DNA of 44,436 nucleotides from a virus. Position numbers and translations under genes: made by a program. The notes under the pieces are model-generated. The model saw nothing but the letters and a program-made list of their open reading frames with translations. It did not search any database and was not told the DNA's origin. The stretch spans positions 1-44,436 of IMG/VR virus record IMGVR_UViG_3300029944_000021; one strand, written 5' to 3'. Position 1 is the stretch's first letter, and each line of letters opens with the position of its first letter. This document shows positions 1 through 8,372 of the stretch, piece after piece.

Positions 1-127
1 TTTTGGGATAGATACTACTCAAAGTGAACCGCTCAGAGGGGATGGAGAAAAATACGATGACGAAATCTAACGCAGAGGGAGCCGAACAAGCAGCCAGGGA
101 TAAGGATAACGACCTTAGAATTGCAGA
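1..127. repeat. 127-bp exact direct repeat of the window end (44310..44436): circular-assembly overlap or terminal redundancy
   Basis: Base-by-base comparison of nt 1..127 with 44310..44436 shows identity. ORFs run through the junction (44244..44336 ends inside the repeat). Confidence 0.95.
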
Positions 128-1088
128 GTATTACCATGCTGCATGGGTGCTGAAGGCCGCAGCCAGTGGAGAAAAAGAAGACTGGGATCGAGCTAGCGAA
201 CTGGCAGATCGTGTTGCTAGGATTCGAGACTCTGCGCCCCCAAAAGTAGAGGACGAGGAGCTTTCGGATGAAGGCAGAACCTGTGAATTGTGTGACGGCC
301 CCGTAAGGCTATACAACAGCGTATGGGTTAACATCGGCAGCCACAGCCGCCATAATGCTAAGCTCAAGCCCATCGGGCAGAGAGAGGAAGCGGATAAAGA
401 GTGCCCTGAGTGTTTTGGAAGTAACTGGAGCAGAGATTCGGATGGGCCCTGCGCGAATACTTTTCATTTGAAACCCGCTGGAGGGCAGGAGGAGCAGCCA
501 GCCAAGCATGACCCTAAGCCCGTAGCCGACCACGAATTCGCTCCGGGCGAGAAAGATGCCGACAGATGTTCTTACTACGACTACGGTGTACGCTGTGAAT
601 TGCGAGAAGAATTTCACCCCGAGCCGCCTTATATCGCGTTGAAGTGCAACCAGTGTGGCAGAACGGTTCGCGCCCATAGGCTAATTCGTCCCGGCAATGT
701 TTGCCACATATACACATCGAACGGGAAGTACTGTACCGGCAAATTCGCAGCCGCCGCTCTACCGCAACAGGCTGCGTGTGTTTTCAGAACAGTGTGCCAA
801 CACGTGGGCGAGTGTGAATATTTGTGCAAGCAAGGTGCCGAGATGTACCAACGGTTGACAGGTGACCACCATCCCGCTCTACCGCAACAGGAGGAGACGG
901 CCACTGAAATAGAGATGGCTATCCAGCGAATCAGGCTACTGGAATCAGGAATTCATTGGGCATTGCAGGCTTTGAAGGAAGGCAACATGATCCCATTTGT
1001 TGCCGCAGTCCGTGAAGGACTATACAAGAAGCTATTCCAGCCCACTCCTCTACTGGGGCAAGATGAGCCAAATAGAAAAGCCCCCTAA
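24..1088 (+). CDS. Cys-rich hypothetical protein with several CxxC pairs
   Basis: 354-aa ORF. Its GTG start overlaps the stop of the 30-aa ORF that crosses the junction (GTGA). An alternative ATG at 57 lies behind GGAG. CELC, CPEC and CNQC motifs are present. No family recognised. Confidence 0.6.
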   Translation: MNRSEGMEKNTMTKSNAEGAEQAARDKDNDLRIAEYYHAAWVLKAAASGEKEDWDRASELADRVARIRDSAPPKVEDEELSDEGRTCELCDGPVRLYNSVWVNIGSHSRHNAKLKPIGQREEADKECPECFGSNWSRDSDGPCANTFHLKPAGGQEEQPAKHDPKPVADHEFAPGEKDADRCSYYDYGVRCELREEFHPEPPYIALKCNQCGRTVRAHRLIRPGNVCHIYTSNGKYCTGKFAAAALPQQAACVFRTVCQHVGECEYLCKQGAEMYQRLTGDHHPALPQQEETATEIEMAIQRIRLLESGIHWALQALKEGNMIPFVAAVREGLYKKLFQPTPLLGQDEPNRKAP

Positions 1089-1093
1089 GGGGC
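1070..1093 (-). terminator. Candidate intrinsic terminator ending the long minus-strand operon
   Basis: The minus strand reads GCCCC-TTAG-GGGGC followed by TTTTCTATTT, about 40 nt downstream of the last minus-strand gene (stop at 1134). It overlaps the stop codon of the convergent + ORF. Confidence 0.5.
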
Positions 1094-1133
1094 CGATCTA
1101 TGCTCTGCGATTTATCGCGGCCTCTCTCCTTGC

Positions 1134-1595
1134 CTAGGTCGTCTGGGCAAAGGTGATTCCGGTCGGGAAGGCGGGTACAGGTACCGATGGGGTGATCGTA
1201 GCAGTGATCGACCCCGACTCACTCGCGCTGGTGGCTGTGTAGACGACGTTGAACGGGCTTACCGGATTATCAACAAAGGTCTCAGGCAGTGGGATGGTAA
1301 CGATGAGGCCGGTGGGGTCAACGGTGGGGGATACGGTAGGATCGCTCGATACTGCGGTGAAGACGGCATCGGAGGGGAAGGTGGCGCCGGCGGGAGCGAG
1401 CGTGCCGGTGAATACGAGGGTGTTTCCTGCAACGGGAGGAAGTGCCATGGTGTTCTCCTTGAACGTGATGCTGGTTGGGAAGCGATGAGGGGGTAGGCGG
1501 TGCAGGATGCGCTCCAGCAGGCCCTTAATGTCATAGAGAAGTTGGTTGTCAGACTCGTGGCGGTGATGACTCATTGGAGCCTCAATATCTTGCAT
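1134..1595 (-). CDS. Ig-like (Big_2-like) domain protein; fused two-module paralogue of 30706..30930 plus 30366..30704
   Basis: aa 51-153 align with the 112-aa ORF at 30366..30704 (VFTGTL.PAG, SSD.TVSPTVD.TGLIVTIPLP). aa 8-50 align with the 74-aa ORF at 30706..30930. An internal AAGGAG-N6-ATG sits at Met50 (ATG at 1448). Confidence 0.65.
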   Translation of the reverse strand: MQDIEAPMSHHRHESDNQLLYDIKGLLERILHRLPPHRFPTSITFKENTMALPPVAGNTLVFTGTLAPAGATFPSDAVFTAVSSDPTVSPTVDPTGLIVTIPLPETFVDNPVSPFNVVYTATSASESGSITATITPSVPVPAFPTGITFAQTT

Positions 1596-1601
1596 GCTGA
1601 T

Positions 1602-1988
1602 TCATGCAACGGGTGGTGTAGTAGCCGCACCCAAGGTGTTGAGAACTAAAACAAGCGCATTGTTGATGATCGTCGCCTGCGCTGCCGTGGTGCTGGGGAA
1701 GTATTGATCGAGCTCTGGCCCGATCGCCGCGAGGACAGCCGCTGCTTTCTGGTCTCCCGATCCGGTCTGCTGCGCTGCGGAGGCTGCAATAGTCTCGGTC
1801 ACGATGATTTTGTTGAGCCAGGAATTGACGAGGTTGATTCCCTCCTGAACTATGGCCCCCGCACCGAGCGCGGCAGCTGCCGTCTCCCCCAGTCCCTCCA
1901 CCGAGGTTACAACCGCCTGCCCCTTTGCAGAGCCAAGCCAGCTAAATACTGCCTTGAAGTCCTTGCCGATTGTGCTGAGAAAACTCAT
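1602..1988 (-). CDS. Hypothetical Ala/Gly-rich protein at the end of the lysis region
   Basis: 128-aa ORF in the operon with short gaps to its neighbours. No motif recognised. Confidence 0.55.
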   Translation of the reverse strand: MSFLSTIGKDFKAVFSWLGSAKGQAVVTSVEGLGETAAAALGAGAIVQEGINLVNSWLNKIIVTETIAASAAQQTGSGDQKAAAVLAAIGPELDQYFPSTTAAQATIINNALVLVLNTLGAATTPPVA

Positions 1989-2000
1989 GATATTGCTCCT

Positions 2001-2246
2001 TTAGGTAAACAGCTTGTCGAGTTCGTCGAAGATTTGAGAACAGGGAATAATCCACGGCTTTGAGGGGATGGAGACGGTAATCGCGTTTCCGGTAATGACC
2101 CATGTAAGCTGCACGCCGTGCGTTTCTGCCGATCCTGTGGGCTGGGTGGGGTCGATCTGAATACCCGCCTCGGTCGCGATCTTCTGGCAGATGGCGGCGG
2201 CTTCTCCTGCATTCAACGGATACGTGCGATTTGGGCAGGAACTCAT
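2001..2246 (-). CDS. Hypothetical protein
   Basis: 81-aa ORF with a 4-nt overlap to the upstream gene. No motif recognised. Confidence 0.5.
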   Translation of the reverse strand: MSSCPNRTYPLNAGEAAAICQKIATEAGIQIDPTQPTGSAETHGVQLTWVITGNAITVSIPSKPWIIPCSQIFDELDKLFT

Positions 2247-2437
2247 CGCAATACTCCGATATGGCCAAACGCAAACCCGCCAGTCAGCAACTCAATGAAA
2301 CAGATCAGGAAGATAATAGCGAAGATCACCCGCACGACCCAAACAAACGGAGGGGGAATCGGGATCATCGATAGAATCCACCAGACTACCGCGAAGATGA
2401 CGAGCAGGATCAGGAGTGAAACCAAGAGACTAAGCAT
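2243..2437 (-). CDS. Small two-TM membrane protein (holin/antiholin candidate)
   Basis: 64 aa, almost entirely two hydrophobic segments (LLVSLLILLVIFAVVWWIL and VIFAIIFLICFIELL). Two genes downstream of the endolysin. Confidence 0.5.
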   Translation of the reverse strand: MLSLLVSLLILLVIFAVVWWILSMIPIPPPFVWVVRVIFAIIFLICFIELLTGGFAFGHIGVLR

Positions 2438-2702
2438 GGGGAGCCTCTGTAGAGTTGGATGCCGGAGTTGTCACAGACGTACTCGTCTTTACATTGGTTC
2501 CCGGAGGGAGCTGAACGCCGTCAGTCTGAAAAACACCTAGCAGGACTTTGCACACGCCGTTGACGGACACAAGAATTGCTGCTGTTCTTGGTTTGATGAT
2601 GCTCGACACCATCAACGTTGCGGTCAGGGCAAAGGTGGTGGTAAGAATAGACTGGACTGTCGACTTCCAGTTAGCAGTAAGGTGTTCTAAGTTGATTGTC
2701 AT
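2430..2702 (-). CDS. Membrane protein, holin candidate
   Basis: 90 aa with two hydrophobic segments. Overlaps the endolysin stop by 4 nt. Confidence 0.5.
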   Translation of the reverse strand: MTINLEHLTANWKSTVQSILTTTFALTATLMVSSIIKPRTAAILVSVNGVCKVLLGVFQTDGVQLPPGTNVKTSTSVTTPASNSTEAPHA

Positions 2703-3172
2703 GCTGCCTCCAGTATCGCAATATCGTCTTTGGCCCGAGCTGGAACCTGATAACGCCAGTGAGAAGCCTGTAGTCCGGCGGCTGCACCCTTCCAGTCTCC
2801 TGATTTCAGGGCTGCGATGGTATTGACAAACTTGCTGAATCCTTCCATTCCCATATTGAAGATTACATCACAGACTACCGCCTGTACTTTATCAGGCATC
2901 GTCATAAAAGTGGGGAAAATATTCAATGCTTGGCCGATAACGATATTTAGCTGATAGCCAAAAATCTCATCGACCTGCGCTTGCGTCATGATCGCATCAC
3001 CATTCTTGAGGGAGTTGAGATTAATGCCGAACATTCCGCAAATCTTCGGGGCGTCTGCCGAGTCCAGGTTGAATCCCACCCCGATGGTGAGGTGACCCGA
3101 TGTATCGTTATATACGCTTTTTCTGCTTCCCTCATGGCCGGTAATGAGATTTTCAATCAGTGTTCTATTCAC
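2699..3172 (-). CDS. Endolysin, T4-type lysozyme (glycoside hydrolase family 24)
   Basis: GHEGSRKSVYNDTSGHLTIGVG carries Glu14, Asp23 and Thr29 with the same spacing as T4 lysozyme E11/D20/T26. 157 aa. Confidence 0.85.
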   Translation of the reverse strand: MNRTLIENLITGHEGSRKSVYNDTSGHLTIGVGFNLDSADAPKICGMFGINLNSLKNGDAIMTQAQVDEIFGYQLNIVIGQALNIFPTFMTMPDKVQAVVCDVIFNMGMEGFSKFVNTIAALKSGDWKGAAAGLQASHWRYQVPARAKDDIAILEAA

Positions 3173-3516
3173 TTCGTCACCGTCCTTTCGAGGACAACCT
3201 TCACAAGTTCAAAAACTACAGCTCCCAGAACTGATATTCCCGTTACGTAGCCTACTGCTTTTGCCCAGTTGATCTTGATCTGGACTACATCAGATTCTAC
3301 TTTCGACATCCGGTCGCCCATCCTATCTGCAATCTTCTCAAGGCCGTTAGTCACACTGTCGACCAGTGCCTGCTGGCCATTGAAGAGCCTGTGAATGTCC
3401 TTGCGGTTCTCCTTGTGGTTGGCGTCTTGGAGAATGCTGATTGCGGAGTGATTCGCCCTCTGAGTCGCGTCCAAAGCGCTAACCTCTGTGGTTAGTTTGT
3501 TGATCTGTATCTGCAT
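3169..3516 (-). CDS. Coiled-coil protein with C-terminal TM anchor (lysis-associated candidate)
   Basis: The ORF extends to a GTG at 3573, but the ATG at 3516 has GGAGG 6 nt upstream. C-terminal hydrophobic segment VGYVTGISVLGAVVFELVKVVL. 4-nt overlap with the endolysin. Confidence 0.45.
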   Translation of the reverse strand: MQIQINKLTTEVSALDATQRANHSAISILQDANHKENRKDIHRLFNGQQALVDSVTNGLEKIADRMGDRMSKVESDVVQIKINWAKAVGYVTGISVLGAVVFELVKVVLERTVTK

Positions 3517-3595
3517 CGAGACCTCCGCTGCTGTACCCGTTCTTGGCCCCACTACACTCCCCCTTAACTGCACAATTTTATCCCGTATTCGATGA

Positions 3596-4252
3596 CTAAT
3601 TCGCAGTGGGCGTTGCGGTAACCGTCATCCCCTTGACGTGACAGATATAAGGCGTCGGCGGCGTCATGCCGTTACTATCGAGCTGGAAGGCTGCGTGCAG
3701 GTAGTCAGACTGCACCATAGGTGTTGCCGCGCGCGTCACGTTGATGGGAGTCGTAACGCCGTTGAGGGTGAAGTCAACGTGAGTTAGAGTGCCCGAAGCC
3801 GACCGTAGGAAGGTTGCAGTAATCGCCGTCCACTCCCCTGCGATAAGCTTCACCGGGATCGTCGTAGCTTCCCATGCGGAGGTTGTGTAGTTGAATGTTC
3901 GCCATAATCCCGATCCCTTGATGTCCGCCTGCCACGCCATATTGTAGATATTACCGCCAACGTTCTGCTGCAACTCAAACTCCACCGCCTGACACGCGGA
4001 CAGATCGGCAGCAGTGGGCAGCATGAACTGAAGGGAATAAGAGAATAGCGTATCCGCGTCGAAGTTGCCTGTGATAGGTAGGTACCAATAGCCGTTGTTG
4101 TATGGGTAGTTTCCCTTGGCCGAGAAGACAGTATCACCGGGAACGATCGTGAATGTGCCGTTCGGTTTGGAAGATCCTCCACCAGAGTCTCCGCTATTGC
4201 CTGCCTGTAGCCATCCGGGTTGCGTTTCAAGGCTTGTCAGTGTCGTAGTCAT
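3596..4252 (-). CDS. Beta-rich protein, candidate carbohydrate/receptor-binding tail accessory
   Basis: 218-aa ORF directly after the fibre/spike genes with an aromatic/Gly/Thr-rich composition. Call is positional only. Confidence 0.45.
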   Translation of the reverse strand: MTTTLTSLETQPGWLQAGNSGDSGGGSSKPNGTFTIVPGDTVFSAKGNYPYNNGYWYLPITGNFDADTLFSYSLQFMLPTAADLSACQAVEFELQQNVGGNIYNMAWQADIKGSGLWRTFNYTTSAWEATTIPVKLIAGEWTAITATFLRSASGTLTHVDFTLNGVTTPINVTRAATPMVQSDYLHAAFQLDSNGMTPPTPYICHVKGMTVTATPTAN

Positions 4253-4262
4253 TGTTCATCCT

Positions 4263-7118
4263 TTAGTTGTGGATAACCGTGCAGGTAATCGTTCCTGCTC
4301 CAGCAGTGTTGCTTGCCGTCGCTGAAAGAGCCACCATCCGAACGGTGATTGAAGTGGTGGAAGTGGCCGTTATGTCAGCGGCTGTGATGGGCCCTGCCGT
4401 CACTCCCGTTACCGTGCACCCGGCAACCTTGTAAGCTGTGTCGGGCTCCGTGACGGGAAGAGTGATGGCCTGCGTGCAGCTATTGCCGATAGCTCCTATT
4501 GTAATCGCACAGCCCGTTGTCGAGGGAAATTGAAGTCCCGCCGCATTGGTTACTTTTGTGCTCACAGTCAGGCCGGAAACGGTAACGGGAAATGGCAGAG
4601 AAACGGCGTGGCCTCCTGAACTCCCAGAGCAGTTCAGGGTGATCGTAACCAGCGGATTCGTGCCGGCCGCTGGCGAGCTGGCCAATGCGCAATCGTCAGC
4701 CGCAGAGGCTGTCCCGTTCCAGTAGTTCGAGTTGATATTTAAATTAGGGGAGACGACGTTTGCGCTGCTCGTCGCTGCGGTGGCGGGAAGGACAGAGACC
4801 GCATTTAGAAAGCTGGTAGCGCCATTGAACTGATTCGCATTGCTCCATGTGTTGGACAGGTTTAGGAATGGTACTGAGGTAACCGGAACTCCGCTATCAA
4901 CCGCATCTAAGCCACCTCCAGACGTCGACCATGAGACGAGATGGCCGGTGGTGGGCGGGGTTGTATTTGATGAAACATACGTAGTGCCACTACCCGTCGG
5001 CGTAGGGCCGGAAGTCAACGAACTCGAGCTCCATTTTGCCAGCGACCCTGAAGCGGGAACACCACCAGTAACCGTTGGTATTGCGGTGCCTCCGCCAATA
5101 AGGCTTGTGGCTACTGCGCTCGCTCCTATGGCCACGCCCTGGGAGGTCATAGAGCCCAACTGGTAGGTGTTGCCGTTGGCCGTATTCGTGCAACGCAACG
5201 GCGTAAAGTCGCCGCTGGCCGAAGTGGAGCCGCCAAACTTCAGTGCATCGCAGATCCATCCCGAGGTAGCGAAGGCTATCTGTGCAAAGGCACCAGAGAA
5301 CGGAGCGGAGCTGCTGGGCAACTGCTGCATAGCGATACCAAACTGGTCTCCTGCACCGTCGTTGAAGTCGGTGGCGCCGCAGCCGAATCCTCCGCTCAGT
5401 GAGCATAACGAGGACACTCCAGCAGCCATCGTGCCGCCCACACCCTGCGCCTTTAGCGGAACATTAACCTGTCCGGTAATCGTCGTCGACTTGCCGCCTG
5501 CGTCCAGCGCGGTGAAGACGTACCCAGCCGCGATCTCGGAATTTTGCAGGGTCAGCTCCAAATTGGCGTAGCCGCCGTCGTTTGGGTGCATGTTCGCCGT
5601 GGAGGCAGGGGTCGTAGTCGTAGCCGTGGTTGAAATATCAGTCGTGTCGTTTACGCCCGGCGTGCCGCCGATCTGGTCGACAAAGTAATCGGGCAGTCCA
5701 GCAGCGGCCATTGCGGCTACGACCGCCTTCGAAGCGTTGTTGTAGACCACGGCATTAGTAAATATGGCGTTCACGCCAACCGTAAAGACAACATTCTCAT
5801 TCGCTGTGTTCGCCGGCGGGATCCAATCCACGCCCACGATTCCTATCGCGTTGCTGGTCAGCGCGGTTATCACCACCGTATGCGTCGTGCCCGACGTCAC
5901 CGCAAACATCTGCCGGGAAAAACCTGTTGAATCGCTTGACACTGTAGAGCACTCGAACCCGGTGAAGGTAGTCGTGCCTGAGCAGTTGTCCGTCTGCAGC
6001 GTGCCATCCACGCTCACCGTAAAGGTGCCAGCCGTATACAGGCTGAACCCATAGGAGTAGGTAATCCCGACAAACCCAGAGGCAGAGGAAGGGATGCTGA
6101 ACGTCAGCGTCGATCCGGAGGTCGAAGTCCCTACCGAGTTGCCAACGGAAAGAAGACCTGTAGGGTTAGGTGGGTTGGGTGGACTGATAAATAAATTGTC
6201 GTTCGCCCACGATCCTGTCTGGGTGGCCTGCGAGGCGATGATCCTGAACTGCGCGGGTATCGTCAGCCATGCCTCAGCGGCCATCATGGAGTTTTTGAAC
6301 TGAGTAATACACGCCGAAGAGGCAGCCCCACCACAGTTATCCGCAGTGCCGTCGTTCGCTCCGCCGTCGAGCAGAGACACACTCTGGGCCAGTGGAATCG
6401 GCTGAAAGGCCTGCACAACCGATCTTGATATCTGTCCGGATAGCGTACCGCTCACACCAAGATTCGTCGCCGCAACGGCGGTCGTATCTCGCGATACCAG
6501 GCCAACTATTCCGGTAACGGCGGGCGTCGTAGCACCAACTCCGAATATGTAGCTATCACCAAACCCCCACAACGCCTGCGGTGTTTTCAATGCAGCAGTG
6601 CTAGAACCGCTGGAGGCTGCGGTTAGTCTTCCGTCAGAGCCTACAGTAAGGCTGGTGTTGGTGTAGCTTCCAGGTGTCACGCCGGTAGGCGATAGCCCGG
6701 CTCCGGCAACGTAATTAGTTCCGTCATTCCACATTCCGCACACGGAAGACCCGTTAGTTATAGTCACTCCAGTTCCAGAAGTTCCGATCACCTGAATGCT
6801 CTGCCCTCCGGTAGTCGCATTCTCAACGCAGCCAAGTGGAAACCTGCCAGAAGGAAATATCAGGTTGCGCGTCGCTGTCAACGAAACCGTCGAGGTAACT
6901 TTGAAGCTGAAGGCAGAGGTCTCCTGCGCCGTCATCGTGTGGTTGGCGTCGGTACTCAGAGAAAGCGTACCGCTGTTGAGGCATGGGAACCCCTGGCATC
7001 CGATGTTGCCAGTCAGGTTGATCTGCGGTGCTGGTATCTGCGGGAAGGCAGCGGCGCATATACCGAATAGCGACGCCAGCACGCAAAGCACTAAGAACCA
7101 TTGATAAACAATTTTCAT
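4263..7118 (-). CDS. Tail fibre/spike-like protein with SGNH/GDSL esterase domain and signal-peptide-like N-terminus
   Basis: 951 aa. N-terminal MKIVYQWFLVLCVLASLFGICAAA. GFGDSY (SGNH block I) and GGANDG (block III). The rest is Ser/Thr/Gly/Ala-rich. 1-nt TAATG overlap with the upstream fibre gene. Confidence 0.65.
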   Translation of the reverse strand: MKIVYQWFLVLCVLASLFGICAAAFPQIPAPQINLTGNIGCQGFPCLNSGTLSLSTDANHTMTAQETSAFSFKVTSTVSLTATRNLIFPSGRFPLGCVENATTGGQSIQVIGTSGTGVTITNGSSVCGMWNDGTNYVAGAGLSPTGVTPGSYTNTSLTVGSDGRLTAASSGSSTAALKTPQALWGFGDSYIFGVGATTPAVTGIVGLVSRDTTAVAATNLGVSGTLSGQISRSVVQAFQPIPLAQSVSLLDGGANDGTADNCGGAASSACITQFKNSMMAAEAWLTIPAQFRIIASQATQTGSWANDNLFISPPNPPNPTGLLSVGNSVGTSTSGSTLTFSIPSSASGFVGITYSYGFSLYTAGTFTVSVDGTLQTDNCSGTTTFTGFECSTVSSDSTGFSRQMFAVTSGTTHTVVITALTSNAIGIVGVDWIPPANTANENVVFTVGVNAIFTNAVVYNNASKAVVAAMAAAGLPDYFVDQIGGTPGVNDTTDISTTATTTTPASTANMHPNDGGYANLELTLQNSEIAAGYVFTALDAGGKSTTITGQVNVPLKAQGVGGTMAAGVSSLCSLSGGFGCGATDFNDGAGDQFGIAMQQLPSSSAPFSGAFAQIAFATSGWICDALKFGGSTSASGDFTPLRCTNTANGNTYQLGSMTSQGVAIGASAVATSLIGGGTAIPTVTGGVPASGSLAKWSSSSLTSGPTPTGSGTTYVSSNTTPPTTGHLVSWSTSGGGLDAVDSGVPVTSVPFLNLSNTWSNANQFNGATSFLNAVSVLPATAATSSANVVSPNLNINSNYWNGTASAADDCALASSPAAGTNPLVTITLNCSGSSGGHAVSLPFPVTVSGLTVSTKVTNAAGLQFPSTTGCAITIGAIGNSCTQAITLPVTEPDTAYKVAGCTVTGVTAGPITAADITATSTTSITVRMVALSATASNTAGAGTITCTVIHN

Positions 7119-8365
7119 TAGCTGGTGATCCTCGGGGCAAAGCTACCGGTCAAAACGTTAGTGCTGGCGTAAATAAACATCGGCACGGCTGTACCGTTGG
7201 CATTCACAAAACTCACCGATATCGGAGCATTGAAGGCGAACGGGAATCCGGTGTTTGCGTCGATGAAGGTATGACTTCCTCCCGTCAGCAGCAGGTATAC
7301 GACCTGAGATGCAGCCGTGAGTGGGCCGAATGTTTCGCCAACCACCTCTGCGCCTAGCTGCGTTCTCGGCAGCGCATCGCCGGTGCTAATAACTGCAGTT
7401 GTTCCTGACGCAGTTATAGCCGAAGTAGCTCCCGCTGCTCCTACGCCGGCGAAGATGGCTGGCTGCCATATAATCTGCTGTTGCGCCGTCTGCGTCGTTC
7501 CGTTGGCCGCGTTCAAGGTAAATGTCGTGGTTGTCACAGTGGAATGGGCGAAGCTGCCGGTTATCGTTGCATTGGTAAATGGGGTGGACAGCGTAAATGG
7601 CGAGTTGATGTTGTCCGTGTTGGTGATGAACGCGCTCGACGGGGTGGTCGAGTACGTCGCCATAAAAGTGGGGTTGACCACCGCAAATCCTAGCTCCACG
7701 GTGCGCCCTCCCGTAAAGCTGTTGATCACGAAGGCCACAGCCGCCGATATGGTTATGATGCTGCCGCTGATTGAAATACTCAGTCCGGGGCCAGCGGCAA
7801 GCGTCAGTGCTCCAGTCAGCGTGTTGAGAGAAGTAACCCCAGCTCCGCTTGGCGTCTGCCACGTCGCCGTAGTCGGGCTGGTGGCCTGAAGTATCTGTCC
7901 TACCCCCGGCGTGCCGGTGACGACCACGCCAGCGCTAGGTGCACCTATCTGCGTGGCCTGGATGATGCCTGTACCCGTCGGTGCAAGTACCGCTCCCGTC
8001 CCTACCCCCATAGTTGCGGTGGTGTTCGTTCCTGTGCCGATTTCGTCAAAGGTGACTGAACCGGGCGTGCCGCCGCCGAGCGCGATGTTTTGATCGGGGT
8101 ACGAGAAAATACCAGCCGTTGGGATGACGTAGACAACCGTGTACACACCTGGGGTGAGATACGCTGCGAACTGGCCCAGACCGTCTGTGATCAGCGGCTG
8201 AGTTATTGCGCCGCCAGCTCCGGTTGAATTGGAGAAAACTGTCGCCAGCGGCGTCAGTGCGCCAACGTTGGCCGGCTGCGTCAAGAAATAGACGGAAACT
8301 CCCGCTAGAGCTTGGCCTACTGCGTTCTGTACCTGCGCGGTTTGGTATCGTCCAAAACTAGCCAT
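7118..8365 (-). CDS. Tail fibre-like structural protein
   Basis: 415-aa Thr/Gly/Ala-rich ORF in the tail gene block. Call rests on position and composition only. Confidence 0.5.
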   Translation of the reverse strand: MASFGRYQTAQVQNAVGQALAGVSVYFLTQPANVGALTPLATVFSNSTGAGGAITQPLITDGLGQFAAYLTPGVYTVVYVIPTAGIFSYPDQNIALGGGTPGSVTFDEIGTGTNTTATMGVGTGAVLAPTGTGIIQATQIGAPSAGVVVTGTPGVGQILQATSPTTATWQTPSGAGVTSLNTLTGALTLAAGPGLSISISGSIITISAAVAFVINSFTGGRTVELGFAVVNPTFMATYSTTPSSAFITNTDNINSPFTLSTPFTNATITGSFAHSTVTTTTFTLNAANGTTQTAQQQIIWQPAIFAGVGAAGATSAITASGTTAVISTGDALPRTQLGAEVVGETFGPLTAASQVVYLLLTGGSHTFIDANTGFPFAFNAPISVSFVNANGTAVPMFIYASTNVLTGSFAPRITS

Positions 8366-8372
8366 TTTCCCT

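Noticed and set aside
1134-1595. Diversity-generating retroelement template/variable repeat pair with 30366..30930
   Set aside because: No reverse transcriptase is present. The two loci differ at all four bases across their whole length rather than at adenine-specific positions.
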